Source: Candidatus Kapaibacterium sp. (GTDB taxonomy: Bacteria; Bacteroidota; Ignavibacteria; Kapaibacteriales; UBA2268). From it: a stretch of DNA of 64,000 nucleotides. Below the pieces are notes generated by a model, which had not been told where the DNA came from, did no database searches, and saw only the letters and a program-made list of their open reading frames with translations. Position 1 is the first letter of the stretch; every line of letters begins with the position of its first letter. The translations under genes were made by a program, and so were the position numbers. The stretch is from contig CALBDO010000003.1 in NCBI GenBank assembly GCA_937927515.1, positions 1,066-65,065 of the forward strand. Reading direction: 5' to 3'. Below are positions 53,538 through 63,490 of the stretch, piece after piece.

Positions 53538-53676
53538 AATTTTTATTTTTTTCGGAAGAATTTAACAAATCCTACAATCCTCAATTTTATACTTTTGCTT
53601 AAACTAAGATTGAAAACTGGGTAGAGAAAATCAAGGAGGATTATCATCTATTTTTTAAGAAAACACTGATTAAGTG

Positions 53677-54627
53677 CTAAAACAAATTGAAAATGTAATG
53701 GAATTCAGAACCAAAACGCCAAGATGGAGTTAGTTGTGTTCCATTTACCTTTATATAAATTGGATATACTAAGAAAATTCTTGTTGTCAAGACATTCGAG
53801 TAATTAAGCACTAAACCAGGTATTGCTTCGATTAATACTCTTCCAGAATTGGGTATGAGCTGGTCTAAATTGTCGACATAAAGCCTATCTTTCCATCGAT
53901 TTTGAATACGAATGAGTACATTGCCTTGTATAAAATTTATAAAATTATAATTTACTCCAGTTACAGTTAGAAGTTCGTTCCCGATATCGTATCCCTCGCT
54001 GTTCTTTCCAGCCAATTTGAATAAGGCACTTTGAGTTAAAGTGAGATTTGGGGTGAAATTTGCAGAGAAAAAGCCCCAGAGGAGAAAATCAACTGTTCCA
54101 GTACCAGATTGAATGTCCAAAGGTAGTTGAACACCTTGACTTTCGGTTTGAAACTCACCCGTTGGCAATTTCAAACCTGCTCCGAGTGAAAGGCTAGAGC
54201 GTACTGTAAAAGTTGAAGCGAAAAGATTATATTTTAAAAGCAATGTAATATCTCCAACGCCGCTGTTTTTATAGATTTTTTCTTGACTTTGAGAAACAGT
54301 TGTACTACGATAGTAAAAATTATAGGGAAACAAAATAAAAACCCCAAGATTGTCCCATACACCCAGTTCAAAATCAAAAGCTACATTGTGTCCGAATGCT
54401 TTTCTATTTAATGGGTCTTGAATTTTAGTATCATATTTATATGTTGTGGAGGTATTTGTATAAAGGTAATTAAAGCCAATCCGTAGTGAACCAAAATCCG
54501 TAGAAGGGCATTCAGTACTACCAAGTGTAGGAATTGAAACACTGCAACATCCCTGCGAATGAAGATAACTTGAAACACCAAGTCCGAAAAAACAAAGAAA
54601 AAAAGGGATTAACTTATACATTATCAT
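53677..54627 (-). CDS. Outer-membrane beta-barrel transporter-like protein (MetA-pathway/SphA-like)
   Basis: Signal peptide followed by QGCCS; G.GD, GLKLPTG and Q.GTG..D motifs; terminal Phe. Confidence 0.7.
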   Translation of the reverse strand: MIMYKLIPFFLCFFGLGVSSYLHSQGCCSVSIPTLGSTECPSTDFGSLRIGFNYLYTNTSTTYKYDTKIQDPLNRKAFGHNVAFDFELGVWDNLGVFILFPYNFYYRSTTVSQSQEKIYKNSGVGDITLLLKYNLFASTFTVRSSLSLGAGLKLPTGEFQTESQGVQLPLDIQSGTGTVDFLLWGFFSANFTPNLTLTQSALFKLAGKNSEGYDIGNELLTVTGVNYNFINFIQGNVLIRIQNRWKDRLYVDNLDQLIPNSGRVLIEAIPGLVLNYSNVLTTRIFLVYPIYIKVNGTQLTPSWRFGSEFHYIFNLF

Positions 54628-54631
54628 ATAC

Positions 54632-54994
54632 CTAATATTTAGGTGCTTTAATAGGAAATGTATGAGTGGCTTTGGCTCCAAAAGGGTCACTTACTTCAAC
54701 TGTAATTTTATTGGTTATACTATCACAACAAGGAGCGATAATATACGTAACATTTCTGCCCGAGCCAACAAATTCACCTGCTGTTGCCTTCCACTTATAA
54801 GAAAGTGAGTCACCATCGGGGTCGTGTGCCCAACAAGTAATGTTAGCTGTTGGTACTATAGCTAAGATATCGAATACAACAGTAACACTATCGATTACAG
54901 GATTGTGGTTGTTTGTATTGCTCACATCAAGAGATGACTTACTACAAGCAAAAAATATCCAAAATGAAACAATCATTATCAAAAATTTTCTCAT
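54632..54994 (-). CDS. Small lipoprotein with Ig/PKD-like domain
   Basis: Lipobox FFAC; NHNPVI, A.DPDGDSLSYKW and APCC. Confidence 0.7.
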   Translation of the reverse strand: MRKFLIMIVSFWIFFACSKSSLDVSNTNNHNPVIDSVTVVFDILAIVPTANITCWAHDPDGDSLSYKWKATAGEFVGSGRNVTYIIAPCCDSITNKITVEVSDPFGAKATHTFPIKAPKY

Positions 54995-55227
54995 AGAGAA
55001 CCAATTTTGAAAATCAAATATAACAAATTTCTACAACTTAAAAAGGAATTTTTTGTATCATTTGAAATATAGTAGTTAAAATTATAGAGAAATAATTATT
55101 ATGAGAATGACAATTCCCATTGAAACTAACCTTTGGTTTGTAAATAAATAGTCACTTTGCACGATACGCCTTTTAAAACCTCTTTCTAACAGTATGAGAT
55201 GACAGATTTTTACAAAACAAACTCGTA

Positions 55228-56049
55228 TTAATCAACTTTAATCAACTTTTGCAAATAGTCTTTACCTCCGAAGCTGTAGAATACAAAGTAAAGCCCAGCG
55301 GGTAAATTTTGCAAGTGTTTAGTCAAAAAATCAGAGGTCGTGGAAATGGAAAATTTAAAATCAGTGAGAGAAAAGATTTTGAATTCTTTTATTTGTTTGA
55401 CGGCAGACCAATCTGAAATTAATACTTGTGAATTAGAACTATATGGATTGGGGAATATGATACAAGGTTTTTTAGATTCCTCCTCTGAAGAGGAGTAAGA
55501 GGAATTTACCACAATTGTGCGCGGTGTTAGAAAATTCCATACGTCCCCAGCATCCTCTTTTCCGTTGTTATTACCAACTAGCGCAACTGCATGGATATAG
55601 TATTCCCCTGGTTGTTCGGGGGCTGTCCAGTAAAATTCAAAAGTGGCAGTATTGTTAACTAATGGCTTCGGCTGAGAATGAGTAAGCTCCCCTTTTGATG
55701 AATATAATCCAGAGTTCGGTTCAGGCTCGAGTAAACCAACATCAATACTACCATTAAGTTGGTTTTTAACAGCAATATTGCATCCTACAATAGAACCACT
55801 TGAGCTACTTACTGTTAAAAAAAATTTAATTTTGGTTAATGGCTCGACAATAAATGAACCGCTTTCAGGAGTTACAGATATCTCCAAATTTGGATTAGGA
55901 TTAGATTTGTGACATTCACCACAACTAATAGAAGTGGTATTAGTCCGTCCAACAATTCCCTTCTTTTTTGCGAGGAGGGAATCTGAATCTAATAATGGTA
56001 GGGAAAAAAAATATAAAAGCAAGAGAGTCAAAATTAAAAGAAAATTCAT
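55228..56049 (-). CDS. Reeler-like T9SS-secreted protein with a CxxCH motif
   Basis: Signal peptide, SCGECH, ELTH..P and F.WTAP, C-terminal FPNP...LPAGLYFV...K.IK. Confidence 0.72.
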   Translation of the reverse strand: MNFLLILTLLLLYFFSLPLLDSDSLLAKKKGIVGRTNTTSISCGECHKSNPNPNLEISVTPESGSFIVEPLTKIKFFLTVSSSSGSIVGCNIAVKNQLNGSIDVGLLEPEPNSGLYSSKGELTHSQPKPLVNNTATFEFYWTAPEQPGEYYIHAVALVGNNNGKEDAGDVWNFLTPRTIVVNSSYSSSEEESKKPCIIFPNPYSSNSQVLISDWSAVKQIKEFKIFSLTDFKFSISTTSDFLTKHLQNLPAGLYFVFYSFGGKDYLQKLIKVD

Positions 56050-56059
56050 AAGACACCTC

Positions 56060-56608
56060 CTAATTTATCACAAAACTCACAAAGAATTCAAATCTTAGAT
56101 ATTCTTCCGATGGGACGAATAACAATTTTGGCCTTTCGACTTTGAACTCATCTAAGCTAATTGCAAAATATCCTTTGATATACAGAACATTTCCAGACAG
56201 TTGCTTTTGAGCTTTAATTGTGATGTTTTTGGTAACTCCGTGAAATGTTAAATCACCGTAACAAACCAATGAATCAGCAAATTCAACAATTTTGGTACTT
56301 TTGAAAAAGGCCCGAGGGAACTTATGAGATTCTATCAGCTCCATGGCATGAGAGTCTCTATTTGAGTTTCCGCTATTGAAAGTAGTTACACGAACTTGAG
56401 CAATGACATTTATTATGGAATTTTTGGCGGCATCATATTCAATTTTTACCTGTAGGTCCTCGCTTTCTGCACGCACATTATGTGCAGGATGGCGTAGTTC
56501 ATAAATAATTTTTGACTTGCTTAATTCATTGTTTAAAACAACCTTTTGTGCGAGCGAATTTACGGTTAAAATTAAAAATATAATTGGAAACAACATCAAA
56601 TAAATCAT
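56060..56608 (-). CDS. YceI-family lipid/polyisoprenoid-binding protein
   Basis: F.SGN.NRD.H, FP...F and G.LTFHGVTK. Confidence 0.85.
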   Translation of the reverse strand: MIYLMLFPIIFLILTVNSLAQKVVLNNELSKSKIIYELRHPAHNVRAESEDLQVKIEYDAAKNSIINVIAQVRVTTFNSGNSNRDSHAMELIESHKFPRAFFKSTKIVEFADSLVCYGDLTFHGVTKNITIKAQKQLSGNVLYIKGYFAISLDEFKVERPKLLFVPSEEYLRFEFFVSFVIN

Positions 56609-56620
56609 AAAAAAGTTTAG

Positions 56621-57445
56621 TTACTCAAACAACATAATTGTAAGCATTGATACAGTGTAAACAGAAAAAGTAAAGTACCCTAATTTTTGGTGTATTTTCG
56701 CAACTTTATAATAATTATCCCCCGAGCTTAAAATTAATTTTCCAACTATTGGGGTTGCCAACATCCCTGCAAAGTGCAACCAAGCAGCTAGCTTATGAAA
56801 AGTCACAGTGGAAAATTCGTTTCGTCTAAGTATTGGGGGCGGAGTAATAACTGCCATAATTCCAGTAAAGCCATAGCCAACAATTGTAGCGTACAAAAAT
56901 CTTTTGTGCCATAATGGAGAGTCTATTTTCCCGTCTAACCATAACTGACCAGTGGTAATAGTGCCTGCCATCAAACCCCAAGTGATTAATCCAAGTGTCT
57001 GATGAAGATTAAGAAAATTACGCCTCCAAAGGAGTTCCTTTTCTCTTTGTTCTAAGCTCAAATCTGCGGTTAACCCTACTTTACGAAAAAGTCCATTTTT
57101 CCCCCAAAGGAATTTTTCAAAATAACTTATATTCATTGGAAGCAAGGTTAAAGTTGTATCCTCAGCCTTAAAATCATCAAAAGTAAGCATGTTAATCTGT
57201 TCGTTAACATTTGTATCTTGGCTCAGAGGAAACTGTGCATGGTTATTACTTTCACCCACTCTGGGATGCTCTACGGAATAGAGCGACTTGGAATAAAGAG
57301 GGATGTTGATGTCTTCATAAAGGTCATTTAAATAAGTAACTGGATGTGATGAAAAAGTTGCTCTAAACAAAATTTCTAGGAAGAAAAAAATATAGAGAAA
57401 TTTTTGTAAAAAGTGATTAAGAAAAAATCCTAATAATATTGCCAT
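56621..57445 (-). CDS. Membrane protein with His in successive helices (cytochrome b-like)
   Basis: Four C-terminal helices carrying LHQTLG, WHK, FHK..AWLH and IHQKLG; true start uncertain. Confidence 0.55.
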   Translation of the reverse strand: MAILLGFFLNHFLQKFLYIFFFLEILFRATFSSHPVTYLNDLYEDINIPLYSKSLYSVEHPRVGESNNHAQFPLSQDTNVNEQINMLTFDDFKAEDTTLTLLPMNISYFEKFLWGKNGLFRKVGLTADLSLEQREKELLWRRNFLNLHQTLGLITWGLMAGTITTGQLWLDGKIDSPLWHKRFLYATIVGYGFTGIMAVITPPPILRRNEFSTVTFHKLAAWLHFAGMLATPIVGKLILSSGDNYYKVAKIHQKLGYFTFSVYTVSMLTIMLFE

Positions 57446-57827
57446 TGACTTCTACCCTATACTGAACTAAATCTTTTTTTGCGGGTCCAGACATTCTTTT
57501 ACCTTGTAGCGAGAATACAGAGTCGTGAGAGGGACAGTGAAAATCATTATTAGCAGGTCGAAATGTAATTTGTTTTCCCTCATGAGTGCATTTAGAACTA
57601 ACGGCGACATAAGTTCCTTCCAAGGTCCTTGCAATCAAGATATCATTTACAATTACAAAGCTACCATTATTCTTTAATGATGAGTATTTTGGGTCATCTA
57701 AATTAATATAAAAATCAACTTTAACGGGTGTATCGGTTGATGAATCTTCACAACCAGCAATATGTCCCATAATGAGTATAGGTCCTATTGCTAAACAAGT
57801 ACATTTTATGAACGTTTTTCTATCCAT
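57417..57827 (-). CDS. Rieske [2Fe-2S] lipoprotein
   Basis: Tat-like MDRKTFIK signal, CTHEG and CPSHDS boxes, GPA; GGAGG SD. Confidence 0.9.
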   Translation of the reverse strand: MDRKTFIKCTCLAIGPILIMGHIAGCEDSSTDTPVKVDFYINLDDPKYSSLKNNGSFVIVNDILIARTLEGTYVAVSSKCTHEGKQITFRPANNDFHCPSHDSVFSLQGKRMSGPAKKDLVQYRVEVNGNIIRIFS

Positions 57828-57949
57828 ATTACCTCCATAACAATAAAGGCTAAAAACTTGGTAAAAATTAAATCAACACCACAAAAAATCATTTTTAGTA
57901 CCAAATCTCTCAATTTTTACATTAAACCTTTTGAACATAATATTTACAG

Positions 57950-58543
57950 TTACTTTTCAAATTTTGAATTTCTAAAAGCATCTAGGAGTAATTTGCCTTT
58001 GTTTTCATCTGAATAAATGATATTTACTGTCAAGTCCTTGTCATCAAACAAACGGCTATAAGAGAAAACTTTAAGAGTTGTACCAATGGAACTTTTAAGA
58101 TTTAAATTAAATACATAAAATTCAAGCCCATCTATCAACTCGGTTGTCGAGGAGGTGTCGATGTTTTCATTAGGGAACATATTTTTGTAAACATCATACA
58201 AAACACTATTTATTAAGTTGCGATAATCGACATAACTACCATATTCTTTAATATCGACGACTTGATAATTTGATTCCAACAAATTCATTTTGTCACTTTT
58301 AACTGCAAATAGAGGTACAGTTTTGTCTTCAATTTCCTCACCAGTTGTTTTCTCAATTGCTTCGGCACCTTTCCTCTTGTTCTTTTCTAACTCATCTTTG
58401 GTCATTTTAGTGAAGGTTTTGGGAATGGTTATTGTCCATTTAAATTCCTCAACGTATACTTTATGAGGAACTTGCTCTTGACCGCCACAACCCCAAACAA
58501 TAAAAGCTAAAGAAAACAAAAAATATTTTAAAAGCTTCATCAA
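57950..58543 (-). CDS. Hypothetical lipoprotein
   Basis: Lipobox VWGC; 197-aa ORF with no recognised family. Confidence 0.65.
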   Translation of the reverse strand: MMKLLKYFLFSLAFIVWGCGGQEQVPHKVYVEEFKWTITIPKTFTKMTKDELEKNKRKGAEAIEKTTGEEIEDKTVPLFAVKSDKMNLLESNYQVVDIKEYGSYVDYRNLINSVLYDVYKNMFPNENIDTSSTTELIDGLEFYVFNLNLKSSIGTTLKVFSYSRLFDDKDLTVNIIYSDENKGKLLLDAFRNSKFEK

Positions 58544-58876
58544 TATACCTATTTTTTAAAACAAAAATAAAAAATTTTTTATAATTAAATTTATATTTAG
58601 AAGAATTAAAAAATTTTAAATTAATTATACCAAAATTACTTTTAAATTCTTGTTTTTAAGACAAACAGATTTAAGTAATTAACATTCAATGAAATACTAT
58701 TCTTCTTTTGTCTTGTGGCTAAATTGGTATTTCGAGGAACTATGATTATTTTTTTAGAATTAGAAATTTTAGCCTAATTATTGTTTACAATGTAATTTCA
58801 CTTAGTGTCTTATAAAACAATAAATTATAAATTTGAATTCTCAGCTAAAAAGTTTCTAAAATCTTATAATGTCTTA

Positions 58877-59482
58877 TTACCTTTTTTGGCTTAATTCAAG
58901 CCAATCTTCTATGCTATTTATATTTTTAAATTCTTTCTCGAAATCTTGTGAAACTGCAAAAGGAATTATTTGGGTTTGAAACATTCTTTCAAGATTGTAC
59001 AAGGCAAAATAGGGTTGTTTACCAAAAGGTAAATTCAAACCTTTTTTCAGGTAATCATCTAATTTATCGAATATTAATCTTGAATAAACAGCACAGACAA
59101 AGAATGTTTTTCCATTAAAACTTGGAACTGTAATATCTGCATCCGTGTGATGATTGATTAAATAACTTATTGTATTCATTGTTACAAAGGGCATATCGCA
59201 AGATATGACAAAAATGTTTTTGAACGTTGCGTGAAACAGAGCAGAATGTATTCCAGAGATAGGACCCCGATTCGGAAAAATATCAGTATAAATCTGGCAA
59301 TCGAATTTTGTATAAAGCTCTGGTGTGTTTGTGATTATCATTATTTCTGGGAAAGAATTTGCAAGCTGAAGTATTCGTTGAATAAGGGGGACACCTTCGA
59401 TTTCAAGAAAGGCCTTATCAATGCCCATTCTTGAACTCTTTCCACCAGATAATATTGCAAAACTTATTTCCTTTTTCAACAT
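58877..59482 (-). CDS. mobA: Molybdenum cofactor guanylyltransferase
   Basis: ILSGGKSSRMG.DKA, D...RGPISGI, SCDMPF and FKNINS..D. Confidence 0.92.
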   Translation of the reverse strand: MLKKEISFAILSGGKSSRMGIDKAFLEIEGVPLIQRILQLANSFPEIMIITNTPELYTKFDCQIYTDIFPNRGPISGIHSALFHATFKNIFVISCDMPFVTMNTISYLINHHTDADITVPSFNGKTFFVCAVYSRLIFDKLDDYLKKGLNLPFGKQPYFALYNLERMFQTQIIPFAVSQDFEKEFKNINSIEDWLELSQKR

Positions 59483-60003
59483 ATGAAATAAACAATCCTT
59501 TGTTTCAATGTTTCCAAATTAAAATCCGTTGAATCCAAATCTACAAGTAAATCATACCGTAGATTATACTTCTTTGTAAGTTCACAGAATATGTTTTTTC
59601 GTAAAACCAGAATAACTGCTTTATAACGCTTCTGAGAAATATCCACCATTAAAGGATGCCATCCCAAATCTCGTAATTCAAGGACTCCAATCTCATCCAA
59701 AAGTATAATTGTTTCTGGTTTATTAATTAGACTAAGAATGCTCAATTGTATGTCAAATGCTTCGGGATAAAAACCAAATCTTTGAGTTTTTATGCTTGAT
59801 TCAAAACCGATTCGAGCAAGAGGTAACAGTTCATTTGTCTTAATATGAAGCAAGTCAAGACCTACCAAACTTTCACCTTGGAAAACCTCATAAGTCAGCA
59901 AACCATCAACTTCAATAGGCCGAATTAATAAATCTTCTTTTATTTGGCGTATTAAGGTGGATTTTCCAGATTTTTTCCCTCCTGTGATTGCAACGACTTT
60001 CAT
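59476..60003 (-). CDS. P-loop NTPase (THEP1/NTPase_1 or DUF2478-like)
   Basis: ITGGKKSGKSTL Walker A and LLDEIG.LE...GW; likely start MKVVA at 60003. Confidence 0.75.
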   Translation of the reverse strand: MKVVAITGGKKSGKSTLIRQIKEDLLIRPIEVDGLLTYEVFQGESLVGLDLLHIKTNELLPLARIGFESSIKTQRFGFYPEAFDIQLSILSLINKPETIILLDEIGVLELRDLGWHPLMVDISQKRYKAVILVLRKNIFCELTKKYNLRYDLLVDLDSTDFNLETLKQRIVYFIC

Positions 60004-60016
60004 TTCTATGTTAAAC

Positions 60017-61939
60017 TTAAAAGGATAAACTAAAACCAATGTTAAAGCTAAAGCCAGCTTGTGGATATCCCCAATCAGAGTAATAAAGTTCATCCAGTAT
60101 ATTTAGAAAAGTCGCATTTACCTCGAAACCTTTTAGTAGTTGATATGAAAGAGTTAAATTCAATAAATTATAATCTGGTAGCTTAAAAAATTCCTTTTTG
60201 TCGGAGTTGAAAGCAAACTGTTCATAGTTCGATTGCACTTGAACTTGTACATTTAAACCAAAAGCAAACAACTTTGTTATGGACAAATTCGATGAAAACT
60301 TTGGTCTTAGGGGCAGTATTTTGGAATTAGTATTAGGTGATTTGTTCTCGCTTTTCAAATAATTTAAATTCAAACTTACCAAGTAGTCATTTATATTGCA
60401 GTTTGCTTCGAATTCAATACCAGCAAAGAGAGCATTTCCAATATTGACAAACTGACGGGATTTGTCTTCTAATGTAACAATATCTATCAAATCCCTAACA
60501 AAATTGTAGTAGAAGCAAGTACGAAAAGATATATTTTCGACAACAAGCGCTCTGATACCGAGCTCAAAATTATCCGAAAATTCTGACCTTAAATTAGGAT
60601 TGGGTTTGTTTGCGCCTATAACCTCGGCATAAAATTCTTTTAGCGTTGGAAAGCGACTTTTATGAGAGTAATTAATAAAAAAGTTTAAATATTCTGGGGA
60701 ATAATTTAGTGCAAATTGGTAATTCAAGAAGTCTTCGGAGGCGCGCAAGTTTGAACCATTTGCGTACAAGGGTCTCAGTACATCGTAACTTAACCCAATC
60801 AGCCCACCGAACAATCCAAAAGAGAAATTCTGTTCTGCTGATAATGAAAAAAGTTGAGAGCGAAACATTTTCCAAGGCTCTGTAGTATTAGCTTGCTGTT
60901 CTTGAATGTCTCGATGAAGGGAGAAAGCAATCTTTGTTTGCTCAAATTTGTTCCATCGAATATCAAAGATGGCAGAGCCCCCAATTTTGGTGTATTTTTG
61001 TGTGGAATGAAATGCAGCTCGGGTTTTTTGAGTAGTATAAGTGCTATCATCAAAAGAATCAATGACATTTCCAATCGCGGTAATGAAAAGCATTGATTTG
61101 ACTGAAATATTGTCCCAAATCTGTGCATTGAGAGAGTAATTTATAATCTCATTGTTCCATTCCGGCATTTTCCAAAATCTTGGCTTATTGGCTTCAAGGT
61201 TTGGGGGTATTCCCTTTTCACCACTTCCATGCAAAAAAACAATGCTATGTAGAAAATTGTTTGACACTTGATGAACAACTTTAGCAAACCCAGATAATAA
61301 ACTCAAATGAGAATTGGGAATTTCAAATCGATTCCCTAAGTATTCAGTCGAACTGGTAAAATTCTTACCATTTAAATAATCACCAGCAACCAAGAAATAA
61401 AAATCTTTGAATTTTTGAGATGCCTTTAAACTTAAATGTCTGGTAAAATTACCATAGTTAAGATTTGCCTCGATAAGGTTTACTTTGAAAATATTATCTG
61501 TAACAAAATTTATTGAACCACCAAGATTGTTAGCTCCATACAAAGTTGAACTTATTCCCTTCGATACAGTTACTTTAGATATCGGAACAACAGAGAATAA
61601 GCTTAGGTCTATCATACCATCGTATTGGTTAACAATTGGAACACCATCAAAAAATACTCCAACTTGCCTTTGGTCAAAGCCTCGAAGTCTGAAATAGCCC
61701 TCGTTTTTTGAGTTCCGTAGAGACCGAATACCCGAAATTTCATTAAGTAAGTTGTCGAGAGTAAAATATTGATTTCGTGCGATTTTGGTAATTGTAAAAT
61801 CTATTATAGATGTACTTTTTTCAATTTGTTTGTCTTCGGAAACAACTATAATCTCGTTAAGATGAAAAACTTTGGGTTCCTCACTGGAAAAGAGACTGCA
61901 ATAGAGTAAAAATAGCATAAAAATGATTAGTTTCTTCAT
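60017..61939 (-). CDS. TonB-dependent receptor
   Basis: LNEIIVV TonB box, RLRGF..FDGVP, KG..S.LYGAN..GG.IN, NPNLRSE, N..D..Y and terminal Phe. Confidence 0.92.
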   Translation of the reverse strand: MKKLIIFMLFLLYCSLFSSEEPKVFHLNEIIVVSEDKQIEKSTSIIDFTITKIARNQYFTLDNLLNEISGIRSLRNSKNEGYFRLRGFDQRQVGVFFDGVPIVNQYDGMIDLSLFSVVPISKVTVSKGISSTLYGANNLGGSINFVTDNIFKVNLIEANLNYGNFTRHLSLKASQKFKDFYFLVAGDYLNGKNFTSSTEYLGNRFEIPNSHLSLLSGFAKVVHQVSNNFLHSIVFLHGSGEKGIPPNLEANKPRFWKMPEWNNEIINYSLNAQIWDNISVKSMLFITAIGNVIDSFDDSTYTTQKTRAAFHSTQKYTKIGGSAIFDIRWNKFEQTKIAFSLHRDIQEQQANTTEPWKMFRSQLFSLSAEQNFSFGLFGGLIGLSYDVLRPLYANGSNLRASEDFLNYQFALNYSPEYLNFFINYSHKSRFPTLKEFYAEVIGANKPNPNLRSEFSDNFELGIRALVVENISFRTCFYYNFVRDLIDIVTLEDKSRQFVNIGNALFAGIEFEANCNINDYLVSLNLNYLKSENKSPNTNSKILPLRPKFSSNLSITKLFAFGLNVQVQVQSNYEQFAFNSDKKEFFKLPDYNLLNLTLSYQLLKGFEVNATFLNILDELYYSDWGYPQAGFSFNIGFSLSF

Positions 61940-62490
61940 TTGACCTCCGAACTATCTTGGTGAAAAATTTTATCATTTACTGTTAATATTTCTGCCAAAA
62001 AGTTGGCAATAAAATCAAACAACATAGAAATTCTAGGTCTTGAAAATTTAAAATTTTTAAAATGCTCAATGGCTATATTTGAAATAAGCCTGTAACTACT
62101 CATTGCAATATCCATAAATTGCTGGGAATCTTGAACTTCCATTCGTATTAAGAGTTTTTTGGAAGAGAAGTTTAGAAGTAATAGATTAGAGAAACCAAAC
62201 AAAAGAATCGCCCTAAGGCTCATTCGAAGAGACATTTCCATGTAATTAAAATCGTATCCGATGTTAAATGGAAGCACAAAATCTTTTTTTTCACCAAACA
62301 TTGGGTAAATGAAAATTAAAATTCCAATAAAACCAAGAAAGTGTTTACTTTTTAAACGAAAAAAAACGGTTCGTTCAGTGAAAAAAAGGAATACTAAATA
62401 TAAGACAACGATTATGCAAAAATAATACAATGGTATCAACAAGCCAACCACAAGAAGAAGAATTGGCAAAATGATTTTAACTATTTTCAT
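61936..62490 (-). CDS. Membrane protein, distantly EcfT-like
   Basis: Hydrophobic helices with MSLRMSLRAIL; overlaps both neighbours. Family assignment is tentative. Confidence 0.5.
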   Translation of the reverse strand: MKIVKIILPILLLVVGLLIPLYYFCIIVVLYLVFLFFTERTVFFRLKSKHFLGFIGILIFIYPMFGEKKDFVLPFNIGYDFNYMEMSLRMSLRAILLFGFSNLLLLNFSSKKLLIRMEVQDSQQFMDIAMSSYRLISNIAIEHFKNFKFSRPRISMLFDFIANFLAEILTVNDKIFHQDSSEVK

Positions 62491-63121
62491 ATTTTCGTAG
62501 TAATATTAATTTTGTTTTTTCACTTAATTTGAAACCAAACAAGCCTGCAAGAGTGCCCAAAATGATATGAATTAACAAATAGCCAAGAACTAAAAATAAA
62601 GCATATGTATTTTTTGCCACTGGTAATTGTATGAATTTGCCAAATATAGCCACGTATACTTTTATTATATCTAAACCGAAGAAGAAAATCTGGGCAATTA
62701 AAGAATGCATGAAAGTGTAAAAAAGAACAGCTGCACCACATAACATTGAGCTGAATAAGTTGGGCTTGAATACTAGAAACGTAAGCTCTGCAAAGAAGCT
62801 TTCTAAAAAAATAGCAATGATAGGGTTAAGGATAAAAATACCTGTTAAAGATGTTTTAATTGTTATTGTAATCATGCCAAGCAATATTAGTGAACCACGA
62901 TAATGCAAGATGTTTTTTGCAAAAACTAACAAACCGGCTGCAACTAATGAAAGTATCAAACCACGAAATGGGATTTTAGCTGAATGAAGCCACGTGCCAA
63001 AAGTTATTTCCATAAAAGCCCACAGTCCACCCAGCACACTTGTGCGATAAATTTCAACATATGACAAATCTTTGGGCAACTTAAACAAATTTGACCTATT
63101 GCTTAGAGTTGAGAATATCAT
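62477..63121 (-). CDS. Membrane protein resembling an ECF transporter S-component
   Basis: About 6 transmembrane helices in 214 aa; GGLWAFMEITFGTWLH..KIPF.G and AIFLE....E. Confidence 0.55.
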   Translation of the reverse strand: MIFSTLSNRSNLFKLPKDLSYVEIYRTSVLGGLWAFMEITFGTWLHSAKIPFRGLILSLVAAGLLVFAKNILHYRGSLILLGMITITIKTSLTGIFILNPIIAIFLESFFAELTFLVFKPNLFSSMLCGAAVLFYTFMHSLIAQIFFFGLDIIKVYVAIFGKFIQLPVAKNTYALFLVLGYLLIHIILGTLAGLFGFKLSEKTKLILLRKYENS

Positions 63122-63425
63122 CGACCCAAGTCATTGCTCTCATCATTGAAGGAAAACCGAGCGTTGTCAAGGCAAGCAAAACAACACCCTGAATTTCCTC
63201 CTTGGTACAGCCACCATCTAATGCTTTGCGAGTGTGTGAATGGACTGCACCTTCCAAGCCAGCACCAATTGCAATAGCCAATTTCACAAGTAAGCGAGTT
63301 TTACTGTCCAATTTTGAACTTGTGTTTAACAACTCTCCGAGTCTTTCATAAGCAGAAAATATCTCGGGAAAACCCTGCTGAAATTTCAGATACTTTTCTG
63401 GTAGTTCATTCATAAACATCTCCAT
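63096..63425 (-). CDS. Carboxymuconolactone decarboxylase (CMD/AhpD-like) family protein
   Basis: LD.KTR.LVKLAIAIG...EGAVHSHTRKAL..G...EEI and TT.GFP; no CxxC. Confidence 0.88.
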   Translation of the reverse strand: MEMFMNELPEKYLKFQQGFPEIFSAYERLGELLNTSSKLDSKTRLLVKLAIAIGAGLEGAVHSHTRKALDGGCTKEEIQGVVLLALTTLGFPSMMRAMTWVDDILNSKQ

Positions 63426-63439
63426 ATTACGTTTAACAT

Positions 63440-63472
63440 AAAAAAACCGTCATTGAGAACAAATGACGGTTT
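63440..63472 (-). terminator. Intrinsic terminator of the riboswitch expression platform
   Basis: Minus strand reads AAACCGUCAUU-UGUUCUC-AAUGACGGUUU, continuing as a U7 run. Confidence 0.9.
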
Positions 63473-63490
63473 GAAAATCATACAACACAT

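Noticed and set aside
59223-59238. parS-like sequence (GCGTGAAACA) inside mobA
   Set aside because: Only one half matches the TGTTTCACGTGAAACA palindrome, and it is explained by coding sequence.
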